From Lama glama (taxonomy: Eukaryota): a stretch of 64,000 bases of DNA. Shown here in pieces: positions 1 to 10,930 of this stretch. Within the stretch, counting starts at the first letter, position 1. Each line of letters begins with the position of its first letter. The DNA is taken from NCBI GenBank assembly GCA_028534125.1, contig CM052818.1, positions 39,000,001 through 39,064,000 on the forward strand. Reading direction: 5' to 3'. Below the pieces are notes generated by a model that worked only from the letters and a program-made list of their open reading frames with translations, had not been told where the DNA came from and searched no databases. Made by a program: the position numbers and the translations under genes.

Positions 1-644
1 CTTTGGCCCCTCTCTGAGGCCCTGTGGTCCCCATTCCGGAACCTTCAGCTCCTAGAGCAGTCCTCTAAGGTCTAAATCATGCTTGGCACATAGCATGAAC
101 TTAAGAAATATTCGTCTAATGAAAATATGACTCTGAAAGTAAGGCTTGCTTACCTGTAGCTGCTGGTTTCATGCAAAACAGATTGTAGCCCCCTTATCCC
201 TTGTGCATTGGGACAGTGCCCTGTCCCCCTCACTGTCTCAGTCCCTGGCCCTTAGCAAGAACTCGGTGGGACTGTCACAGGGCCCACTTTGCAAGTCTCT
301 CTCAGCATGGACAGAATTAGGGCTTGGGAAGCCCCCAGGATTCTCTAGTTGAGGCAGAATTTTGACAAGTCTGGGCAGAATCTTGTCCTCACTCCTGTCA
401 GACTGGTTTGGATGGCTCCAATTCATGGAGTCTGCATTCCCCAAAAGTGTCATAAACACCTCACAGTGTCAGCTCTCCCACATCTCAACCTCACTTTCCC
501 TGGGCAGCAGCCCCCTGTGGTGAAGACAGAAGCAGAGCCAGACATCTAACCGCATCTCTTCAGAGGGTCTGGAGGGAATCCCTATAAAAGCTTTTCCCCC
601 AGAGATGCTTAGGCAAGCGTGAGTAGACACCTCCCATGAGGAGT

Positions 645-1530
645 TCATTCGCTCCACACATCAGGCAGTGTTCTAGGAGTTGGGGTCCAGCACTGACCAC
701 TACACACAAAGTCCCCGCCCTCCTGGTGTGGGGAAGACAGATAATAAATACACAAATAATTCTTGGGACGGCGCTAAGTGCCAAGAAGAAAAAGTAGTCA
801 GAGTAACCCCTTGTACAGAATGCCTACAAAGGACATGAGTGTATGAGTGTGTGTATGTGTGTGTGAGCATGCACACACATGCGTTATCTGAGGCAATGTT
901 TTCAGAGATCTTCCCAATAAAGAGAATTTGAACAGAGACCTGGAGGAAGTGAGAAAGTGAGCTCTGCATGTATCTGGGGGAAATGTCTAGGCAGAGGAAT
1001 TAAAAACACACAGACCCTGAGCAAGAGTGTCTGGTATGTTTTAGGAACAGCCCAGGGTCCAGTGTGGCTTAAGTGAGGGTGAGAGGAAGGGATCTGAGAG
1101 GTAGCTGGGAGCCAGATCACGATTTTGGTAAAGATTTTGAATTTATTCCAAGTGACACGGGCAATGTCTAAAGGGTTCTGAGTAGAGGACAGACATGATC
1201 TGACTTGAGTTATAAAACGGACAAACTTGCTGCTAGTTGCAGAACAGACTGGAACTGGGCAGGAGTGGGGTCAGGGAGACAAGGTTTTGCAGTAATCTAG
1301 CTGAGGGATGGTGGTAGCCCAGACCACAGTGGTTAATGGTCGTGGTGGAAGCAGTAAGAAACATGTGGAATCTGGGTTTATTATTTAATCTGGCTCAAAG
1401 GCAGAGCCAGCAAGATTTTCTGATGGATTGAGTGATATGGGAGAAAGATAAAAGTCAAAGATGACTCCAGGGATGACTCAGACTGCTGATCTGAGCAAAC
1501 AGGAAGAATGAGGCTACCATGAGGAAACGC
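645..1530 (-). mobile_element. L2 LINE relic
   Basis: Antisense L2-like phrases (tttgaacagagacctggagg, gtctaggcagaggaa, aagagtgtctggtatgttttaggaac, aaagtcaaagatgactccag). Confidence 0.7.
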
Positions 1531-2509
1531 TTTCAACCCGAGGATCTTGTATTTCTTTGAAAATAAAATGAAAATCAGGCATCAAGGAAGGGACAAGCCA
1601 ATGATCTGGACTTAATAAATTATAGTCCAGTGAAGATGGTGACCCTGTGAATGTGCATGCCGGTGGGCATGTAAGTACACAAGGGCCCTCGTGAAGACAG
1701 GACACTGATGGTGGGCACAAGGATGCAGAAGCAGGCTAGTACATGGCACCTGTGGAGGGTGACGACAGGTGTTCAGCATGATATGCATGGACCATAAGGT
1801 ATCCCCAGACAGAATTTTGTTTAAAGCAGCAGCCTGAAAGGGCAGTGACTCATCTTGTTTTGACCAATTGCACTAGGCTTTTGACTTGAATAGTTCAATA
1901 AGATTCACCCAGCTCTGATATCATCTATAGCAAAATCTTGAGGTTTTATTTGGGACTTTATGTAGACACCAAAAGGATTAGTTGAGAACGAAGAGCACAT
2001 ACCCTGGAATGAGAACCACAAAAATTATAAATGCTGGGCAGAAGGTTCTGATCTTGGTCTCCTGTATCTCCTCACTTAGAAGCTAGTGAAAATCTATAAC
2101 TAGTGTGGCGAAGACAATAGTTCCTTCCACTTAGGTTTCCTTTGTCCGAGGATTCCTTCACGTCCAAGTTTGTGGGGCCCACGCTGATACTGTCCCACAA
2201 GGTGTAGTTTGCTCTTGGATGTTTACTTCTTGCTTGAAATCATTTGTTACTAGTCATGGCCAAGGTATCCTAGGTTTTGCTTATGTCTGTATTTCAAAGG
2301 TGGACTTGCTTATCTCTAATATGCTCTATAAAATGCTGAACTTGGCTCTACCTGTCAACCCGAGAAGACTACATGATGTGACAGTTTGGTTTTCCCTGCC
2401 ATGCTGTGTTTTCTTTCTGGGATCAGCCTTCTCTGTGAGCTTCAGCAATGGGAGGATTATCTTAAAGTCCTTTTGACACATATAGCCCATGGGGGACCGT
2501 GAACAGTGA

Positions 2510-3465
2510 GGGTGAGCGAATAGGAAAAACTCTGTTTCCTCGAGGTACCAACTAAAGGAAAAAACTCTTTCCCCTTCCCTGCTACTCTTAATACTCCACT
2601 TCATGTCACCAAATACATGGGTGCGGGGGTGGGGGGTGGGGGTTCCCACACCAAGCAATCTTCCAGTTCTCTGTGGACATTAACTGGGTATCCTAAAATT
2701 CAATTCAAGCCTGACACTATCCCCCTGGGGTTAGAGCAAACCCCACAGGATAAGGGCCACCAGTAAAAGAAGACTTGCCCCACCTTCCTCCACTTCAGAT
2801 ACCAATGACAAGTCCAGGTTGTCACCTGTGCTTCTGGCCTATTAAATCAAAGTTTCCCAGGTTCCCATAACAACCTCCTTGGTTTTGATAATTTGCTACA
2901 GAGGCTCACAGAATTTAGGAAAATAGTTAAATATTGGATTATCAGTTTATTATAACGGGATATAACTCAGAACAGCCAGATGGAAGAGATGCATAGGACA
3001 AGGAATGGGGAGAGGGGTACAGAGTTTCCTTGCCCTTTCCAGGTATGCCATCCTGCCAGCATCCTCCCACACACGTTCACCAACACAGAAGCTCTCTGAA
3101 CTTCAGTTGTCTAGGGGTTTGGGACGCTTCATTCGTAAGCATAATTGTTTAATTTATTGGCTGTTGATGATTGAACTCAATCTCCAGCCCCTCCCTGCTC
3201 TGCTGGAGGTCAAGTGGTGGGGCCAAAAGCTCCAATCCTTTAATTACCCAGTTGGTTCCCCTGGCCACCAGTCCCCATCCTTAGGGGTTTTCCATAAGTC
3301 GCCTTCGTAAGCCCAGGTGTGGTTGAAAGAGACCTGTTATAAATAGCAAGAGAAAGCTTTGTTTCTCTCTTTATGCAGAAAATTCCAAGGGATTTAGGAG
3401 CTCTTGTGCCAGGAATGGGGCCTAAGACCAAATATATATTTTTTATTATAAAGCACAATTTCACA
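2510..3465 (-). mobile_element. MER21-family solo LTR (ERV)
   Basis: Minus strand begins TGTGAAATTGTG...ATATATATTTGGTCTT...TTCCTGGCACAAGAGCTCCTAAATCCCTTGGAAT, as I recall for the MER21 5' end; internal MER21-like blocks. Left edge approximate. Confidence 0.75.
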
Positions 3466-4167
3466 GTGAGCCTGTGACACTACTTGGAAGTTTTCAATAA
3501 TATTTTGTATGTATTTTTTCCTATGGGAATGCATCTCTAGTTTAATGACAGAATGAGAAAATACATATACTTTCAAAATCTCCAACCCTGGAAGTCTATA
3601 AAGCAAAAGATACTAGCAGATTTTCCTTGACATCATGGACTGATGGTGATTTATTTTTGAATTTATGAGCATAATTGGACTCTCTGACTCACTTAATAGT
3701 CTCAGAACTCACCCCGAGGGTATGCAAGTCATACTCGGAATTATGGAAGTGTGGCATGTCTGAGATAGGATAAAGTCTCTTGTTCCAATTCTGCCCTTGC
3801 CTTGATCAGGGACATTGGACGAAGTCATAGATCTCCCAGTCTCTAGGACCTACCTTTCTTATTTTAAGCCAAGGAAACTGTTACTCTCAAATGCCCAAAT
3901 GGCCAGGATTTCCCCCCTGAGAAACCATAAAAAGCTGGGAGAACCTCACCCTATCTAGGCATGTTTATATTCAGGAAAATGCCTCTGGCTCTCCCTCTAA
4001 TATTCAGCCAGCCTCTTCCTCAGGGGCAATGGAACATATAAGATCACAAAAGCCCTGGCTTCATGCTCAACCACTCAGAGAATACAAGCAAACAAACCAC
4101 AGGCCCTACAGCTTATTCAAGCTACAACTGTTTCCAGAACCCAAAACATACCACAACCCAAATCCCC

Positions 4168-4937
4168 ATTTTTTTTTAAATTGAAGTATAGTTGATTTAC
4201 AATGTGTTAGCTTCTGGTGTACAGCAAAGTGATTCATATATATATATGTATACACACACACACATATACATATATATATATATATTCTTTTCCAGATTCT
4301 TTTCCATTATAGTGTATTACAAGATACTGAATATAGCCCCCTGCGCTATACAATAGGTTCTTGGTGTTTATCTATTTTATATGTTGCAGTGTGTATCTGC
4401 TAATCCCAAACTCCCAATTTATCCCTCCCCCAACCCATTCCCCTTTGGTAACCATAAGTTTGTTTTCTACCTCTGTAAATCTGTTTGTTTTGTAAGTAAG
4501 TTCATTCATGTCATATTTTAGATTCTACACATAAGTGATAGCATATAGTGTTTGTCCTTCTCTTACTTCACTTACATGATAATCTAGATCCATCCATGTT
4601 GCTGAAAATGGCATTATTTCATTCTTCTTATGGCTGAGTAATATTCCATTGTGTGTGCACATACAGGCTTCTTTCTCCACTCATCTGTTGTTGGACAGTT
4701 AGTTTGCTTCCACGTCTTGGCTATTGTGAATAGTGCTGCTGTGAACACTGGGGTGCATGTGTCTTTTTGAATTAGTATTCTCCAGATATATGCCCAGGAG
4801 TGGGATTGTTGGATCATATGGTAACTCTATTTTTAGTTTTTTAAGGAACCTCTATACTGTTTTCCATAGTGGCTGCACCAATTTACATTCTTACCAACAG
4901 TGTAGGAGGGTTCCCTTTTCTCCACACCCTTTCCAGT
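4168..4937 (-). mobile_element. L1 3' end (ORF2 C-terminus plus 3'UTR), 5'-truncated
   Basis: Poly-T then aattgaagtatagttgatttacaat; ORF 4614..4817(-) [22 protein letters not shown]...MEYYSAI is L1 ORF2 C-terminus-like. Confidence 0.92.
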
Positions 4938-5007
4938 TAAACATATTTATTGTTTATTGCTTCTTTATTTCTGATTTCATTTTGATTTGGTTATATGGAT
5001 TTCATCA

Positions 5008-5412
5008 TGTATCAGCTTCTACTTGGGTTACAAACCACCCCCTAAAAGTCATTTCCTAGATACCAATCCTGTGGATTAGTCAAGTGGGCTGCATTCACCT
5101 GGGAGGTTCAGCTGGTCTCTCCTGGGCTCATCTATGGACTTGCAGTCAGCTGGTGGCTTGGCAGGGATGCTTGGTTGCGGTCTGGCGGTCAGCCAAGGCC
5201 CTCTGTAGCCCCTCCAGCAGGCTTGCTCAAGCCTGTTCACATGGTTGCAGAGAGGGAGAGTGAGGCCTAGGCTCAGAGCTTATATAGCATTCCTTCTGCT
5301 ACAACTAGCCAGAGCAAATCATAAGGCCAGCATGGATTTAAAAGATGAAGAAACTGACTGTCTTTTGGTGAGAGAACCTACAAAGACTTTGTGTCCATTT
5401 GCAATCTTTCAT
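5008..5412. mobile_element. MLT1-type MaLR LTR relic
   Basis: acaaaccaccccctaaa start, gcagtcagctgg, ccctccagcaggct...ttcacatggttgcag, gcaaatcataaggccagc. Confidence 0.6.
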
Positions 5413-6582
5413 GATAGCTTCATATTCCCTAAGTTATTCCATAATTGAAAATGCCATTTTGTTTTATTTAAACTCAAGCAACAACTATTCTTGGGTCTTG
5501 CTCTTTTTCCCCTCGGGACTTTGTGAACATTGCTCTTATGGAAGTCTTATGGAGAAACTGAGGCTGATTTGATTTTAACCTACTTAAGAATTTTTTTCTC
5601 TACTTTTGAAGTTCAGTGTCTTAATCACATATGTCTCACTATCAATGTCTCGAACAGATTTTCCTGGTAGTACAATATAACCTTGATATTTGGACATTAA
5701 GTTATTTTATCGTTTCAGGCAATTTTTTCTGTATATTGGCTCTGAATATTTTTTCTCTGATCTTTGAGAGATTCTCTACTTCAGGGACAAAGACTATTCA
5801 TACTGGAAACATTTATACAACCACTATTATAAAGTTAAGGTAAAGATACTATTAAAAAGAATTTTGGGGGGAAAAAAACTTTGTCCTTCACATGTATCAT
5901 CTCCTAATTGCTTTAATTTTTGTCTTTTTCTTGAAAATTCACTATATTTAAATCAAGCCTTTTCACTAAGTTATTAATTCAGTTTTCAGCCAAATTGTAC
6001 AATGGTGTAGTCAGTGTTGTGTTTCCATGTTTCCTTAGCCCTCCAATCGTCCTTTTCACCTCATTCTGGTGTTTTATCATCATCCGTACTGCTTATTAAT
6101 CTGTTGTCTCTCAGCTCCAAACTTTGTGATGCTGATGTTGGGATTCTGCAAATGATGCTCCTTTATCAGCTGGACACTGCCAATTATGGGCACCTAGAGA
6201 GAGATTAGAAGGTGCAAAAAAGGAGAAGCTTCTTGCCCCTTCCAGTCTGCATGTTACTCCTGTGACAATGATCTCAAAATAGCACTTCAGCCAACTCTGC
6301 AGCTGGTTTTAATTTCTAGCTTCTTTGACCCTCGCAGAATTAGCCTGATAGTACCCCCTGGGAGGTGTAAGCAGAGGCTGGACAGGGCCCCTCCTCAGAC
6401 AGAGGTCTAAGGCCCAGTTCCCGGGGGCCTCTTTTCTAGACTCCTGAGGTACGAGCAACCAGGGTACACCCTCCGAAGAGGTCCAAGCCCCAACTCTGTG
6501 GGCTCATTTTTTGTTTCTTAGTCCACTAATGTTCCTATCTCTCCTCTATTCCCCCAAGGGTGGTAACTGCTTACTGCAATCA

Positions 6583-6721
6583 CTATAATGGAAAGGAATC
6601 TGGAAAAGAATATATATATCATATAGGTATACATATGTATATGATATATATATAACTGAATCACTTTGCTGTACACCAGAAAGTAACACATTATTGTAAA
6701 TCAACTATACTTCAATATAAA
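6583..6721 (+). mobile_element. Short L1 3'UTR terminal fragment
   Basis: ataatggaaaggaatctggaaaagaata...tcactttgctgtacaccagaa...tgtaaatcaactatacttcaat is essentially the reverse complement of 4175-4310. Confidence 0.85.
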
Positions 6722-7404
6722 CAGTACACTTAAATACTGAAACTAAGATAAATTAATATGGAAATGATGTATAAAAATAAAATGTAAATATTATAAACTG
6801 ATAAAGTGAAAAATAGTATAATCAAAAAATTAGGACGTACAGGGAAGTGGTAGAAGGAAGTGAAAGTGTGCTGATCTACCTTTCATAGCAGGGAACTCAA
6901 CTCAGTACTGATCAGTACTGAAGTATATAGTTTGATAAAGTTACTCTGTCCCATTAACAATTTCTATCACTGTGTTTAACCTTTTACTAGTCAATTTCTC
7001 TTGCAATGAAAAAACATGCATCCCAGTAGTTCCTTCAGTTATTTCTTTTGTTAAATTCAAGTAAGACTAAATTCAACACTGTACTTTAAGAACACCATGT
7101 GCAGACTGAGCCTATTCCGGCTACTGTCTCACTACGTAGCTCTCTATCCATCCTTCTATCGGTATTTGTCTTTGTAATAATGGTGCTCATCAACTGTGGA
7201 TATTTGTAGTATTTCTGTGATATTAAAATTGGGATATTTGAACTTCTATTGAAGTTTTTATAATGGCTTAAATTATTTTTATAAAAAACAACTAAGTTAT
7301 CAAAAGAGTTTACAAGAGGTTTCATGAGCAGTTCCACTGGAGAGGAGACATCTGCATAGGGAATAATGAAATGGCATTACGCTGTAAGATGTGATCAGTC
7401 TAAA

Positions 7405-7581
7405 CTGGTAGTTCTCGATGGCTACAAACAGTATAACCACTAAGGAGCTTTTTAAAAATATCAGTGTCCAGGCTTCAGTCCAGGCCTCTTAGATGAAAAT
7501 CTCTGGATTGAGCCTGTAAATTAATATCTTTAAAATGTTGTCCAGGTGATTCTGATATGCAACTCTGGTTGAGAACCACTT
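7405..7581. mobile_element. MER5-family hAT-Charlie MITE
   Basis: Ends ccaggtgattctgatatgca...ggttgagaaccact, a MER5 hallmark. Confidence 0.7.
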
Positions 7582-7964
7582 GTCTCAACAGGCCACATAG
7601 ACACATTCCTAAGAAGCAATGAGTGTTGCTGGAAAGTGTAGGGTACTCATTCCATCCTATTCTTCCTCCAGCCCACAGAAATGTTCCCTGGACCTGTCTG
7701 TTACTAAAGGAGGGGAGAATGAATACTACTGGCAGTCTTGGCCACAGTCTAAGTTCCCTTGTGTCATAAGACACCTGACAGCACGAACTAAGGCACCATG
7801 CTTCCTTGTTGTCTTGTTTACATCCAGGAGGGGAGATAGACTGGCTTTTCCCCTCCGAGATGCTCTGAGTTGCCACTTTTGTGTCTCGCTGGCTCAAAAT
7901 AGATGACATAACCATTACAGAACCTGTTCCTACTAAGTGAGATGGAATTATTGTGATTGGATTA

Positions 7965-8090
7965 CCAATGCTTCCCAAATTTTATTGTGTAGAGGAATTG
8001 CCCAGGAATCTTGTTAAAATGCAGATTTTGATTCAGTAAAGTCTGGAGTGGGGCCAAGATCCTGCATTTCTAGTAAGCTCCTGGGTGGTT
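7965..8090. mobile_element. MER5A fragment
   Basis: atcttgttaaaatgcagattttgattcagtaaagtctggagtggggcc...ctgcatttcta...agctcc. Confidence 0.7.
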
Positions 8091-8524
8091 AAAATGGCTG
8101 TCAGGCGTCAATGTCAATGATGTTTACAATGTCCACCACCTTAACTATCAAGCACACCTGATATTTATAGTAGCTGAGGAGTGCATTCTTTCCTTGTGGG
8201 TAAATCTACAAAGGAAGCCAACTATGATCAGAAGGTGCATAATGAGCAAGGCCAGACTGCAAAGCATATGTGAAGACACAGAAGCAAGAAAACGGCTCAC
8301 CATACATAGGCAATCAGGAGCTGGAGATAGGCAGAGTCTGATCCTAAAGGGTTGGGCTTTGATATGTGTTCTCCACAGCATGAAACCTCTAAGAGATTTA
8401 CCATGAAGTAAAGTTCTCTAGAGTCAAATTTGTTTGGGAAATGTTGCATACTATGTCCCTCACTTGGATATTTACAAAGCATATTTTGATTTTAAAGGTG
8501 CTAAGCAATCTAGTAGTCAAGAAG

Positions 8525-8728
8525 CCTCGATGAGCTATGTAACCTGGGGAACCCGGTGCAAAATGAAAATGAGGCGGCCCTCTTTTTCAAAAACTATTAA
8601 TACTTTCTAGATGACAACAGCAGAACATTAAACAAACAGCAGAAGACTTCTTAAGCTTGAGGCCTTGTGGCCTCAGCAAGGCTGTGGCCTGTGTGAGGCA
8701 CAGGTCACAGGCTCATGAAGCTGCCCTG
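8525..8728 (-). mobile_element. MER45A-like hAT DNA transposon
   Basis: gtgcaaaatgaaaatg...cagcagaacattaaac...gcacaggtcacaggctcatgaagctgccctg matches the reverse of the MER45A consensus as recalled. Confidence 0.7.
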
Positions 8729-9719
8729 CTTACGGGGATATTAAAATGAGACATGGAAAATGCTTTAGTGCTTGCATACTGTAAGCACTAAATAAATAAC
8801 TATGGTATACACATGGCTTTTAGTTACAATTCCTGGTTGTAACAGAAACTCTCTTTATCTAGCTTAAGCGAAAAAAGTAGAATTCATTTTATGAATCAAG
8901 GGACGTGTTTCAGAATCCAAAGGAAGAGGCAGCCAACACGGTACAGGAACAAAGGTAAAGGAAATGTCATAATCTCTTTTTCTCTCAACTCCACTCTTCT
9001 TTATGGGTTTCCTGTTCACATGGTCGTTCAAGTAAGCTCAGAGAGGCCAGGTTTAAAAGATTTCCCAAGGAGAGATTGGGATCTCTTAGCCCCAGTTCCA
9101 AATTCTGAGGGAGGGCCTCTTATGGGTGCACCTATTTTCACCTGGACTAAGCAACTATACATAAAGACTCTTTTGCTATTATCAGCCCAATGGAGGGGAA
9201 AGGAGAAAGCAGCAAAATACGTACATCCCAGTGTCTCCCATACTTACCTGATTATGGGACACTTCTTACAGGAACATCTTTTAGCACTGAACAGAACACA
9301 CTTGGGAAATGCAGTGTGGGTAACAGGAAGAATGAAGCTGAAGGCAAGGCATGTGTTCCAGGAGTCAGATTTTCATTTTGGATAGCAACGACCAGAACTG
9401 ACTGGAGGTAGTGAGGCTGACCACAGGAAGGCTAGTTAAGAGCCTGTCACAGAAATCCAGACCTGGGAAGCAGCCAGGAGTGGCCTGGCAGGAGAACCAC
9501 CTGAGTTCTTTTGTGTTTACCTGGTCAAGCATCGGGGTGGCAGCAATTTACTGAGCCGGCTCCACTTGCCCATGGAATAACCACTAGGAGAATGACAGTC
9601 CACTTAAGGGGTTCACATTTCCACCCAAAATGCGTCTCCATCGTCTTGCTGCAGAGAGCAATGGTGAAACCTAAAGGCCTGAATTACTGCCCAGCTCTTG
9701 TGGGTACCTGCACCCCAAA

Positions 9720-10930
9720 AGCGAAGTGCGAGTAATACATCACGGTCCAGGGCGCTGACACTCGCACAGGCAGTTGGGAGAGAACAATGAGCTACGGGGC
9801 AGGAAGCTGAGGGTAAGCGAGTTCGGAAGGCGAAGCCCCACACGGGGAAACAGAGACCAAAGCAGCTTTCGGAAACACCACGCCTGCGCCGCCCTAGGCC
9901 GGCGCGCGCTCCCGCTTGGCGCCGCCGCCGAGCCCAGAACCAGCCCAGAGCCCGCAAGGTGAGGACGGGGAAGCGCACGCTGGAGGGACGGCCGAAACGC
10001 GCGAGCGCAGAGAGCGTGCGCACGCGCAGAGTTCCCGCCGGCCGGCGCCTGAAGCGCGGGAGAAGCGTCGGAAGCCACTGAGAGGAGCCGCACCTCGGTG
10101 AGTGCTCCCCCTCCCCTTTCTCCCGGAGTGCCTTGCGCGCGCTCGGCGGGCAGGGGGAGGGGAGGGGAGGCGGCGGTGGCAGCCATGTTGTTGTGAGTCT
10201 CTGTGTCTCACCCTCGGTACTTCGGTGGTTCGGAGGAGGAGGGGGAGGAGAAGGAGGAGGTGGGGTGGGGGGGAGGGTGGTAGGTGGAGAAAGAAGATAT
10301 TGCCGCCACCGAAGGCGGAGGAGGGGAAGAAGGCCAAGAGCGACGCCGCCGTGTGCCCAACGGTCGGTGTCCCCGGCTGAGGCAGCGCGGCCGCAGCAGC
10401 CCCGTAAGTCAGTTGCGCTTGCACCTCTCCCCGTGCTCTGGCGGCGCAGGGCTGGCTCCTTGGGCTTTGTGTGGCGGCCTCGGCGGGGCAGCCCGCCGGC
10501 CGGAGGGCGGTCGGGGCCTGCGGGGTGCCCAGGACGGTTGCGGCCTCGGGCCCGCTCGCACAATGCAGGGGGAGGGGTGCCGGAAGGGGGTGTGCGCCCG
10601 GCGAAGGGGGTGCTCTCGGCTTTCCCGCTTCCTTTCCGCCCCCACGCCTCAGCCTTGCGGCGCTGGGGGGCCCACCCGACTCTTCCTTGGTTTCGGCGCG
10701 CATGGGGTTAGAGACCGAGCTGTTCGTCCGCCCAGCCCTTGGGTTCGGAAAGGGGGGAAAGGCCGGGCGAATCCCGAAAAGCGTGCGAGTTGGAAGTGGG
10801 CGAAGAGGAAGGAGTGGGTTTGTGAAAACAAGTGTGGGCGTTCTCGAGGGCCCGAGGGTGTCCAGGAAAAGCTTCCGGTAGACAGGTGTGGGTATGAAAG
10901 AAACGGCGACTTGGGCTCGATGTGTTAGGT
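9720..10930. promoter_or_regulatory. CpG island promoter of PUM2
   Basis: Abrupt GC- and CpG-rich block in AT-rich DNA. Contains NRF1-like palindrome GCGTGCGCACGC (10014-10025), E2F-like TTCCCGCC (10032-10039), ETS core CGGAAG (10069-10074), Sp/KLF-like GGGGAGGGG (10152-10168) and YY1-like GCAGCCATGTTG (10179-10190). Confidence 0.93.
10170..10403 (+). other. PUM2: PUM2 exon 1 (non-coding 5'UTR); start approximate
   Basis: Strong donor CCC|GTAAGT at 10403/10404 inside the CpG island; next recognisable exon starts at 29520. Confidence 0.75.

Noticed and set aside
6902..6921. 20-bp palindrome TCAGTACTGATCAGTACTGA
   Set aside because: Explained by tandem duplication of a palindromic 10-mer; no supporting context.
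7475..9385. 167-aa (-) and 164-aa (+) ORFs upstream of the promoter
   Set aside because: They overlap MER5 and LTR-like relics, lack splice or domain support, and look like chance ORFs.
10302..10313. Perfect Kozak GCCGCCACC in exon 1
   Set aside because: Followed by GAA, not ATG or a near-cognate codon.
9613..10928. Long overlapping ORFs (316, 269, 214, 192 aa) on both strands
   Set aside because: Expected from stop-codon scarcity in a GC-rich CpG island; low-complexity R/G/P/A translations, mostly non-ATG starts, no recognisable domain.
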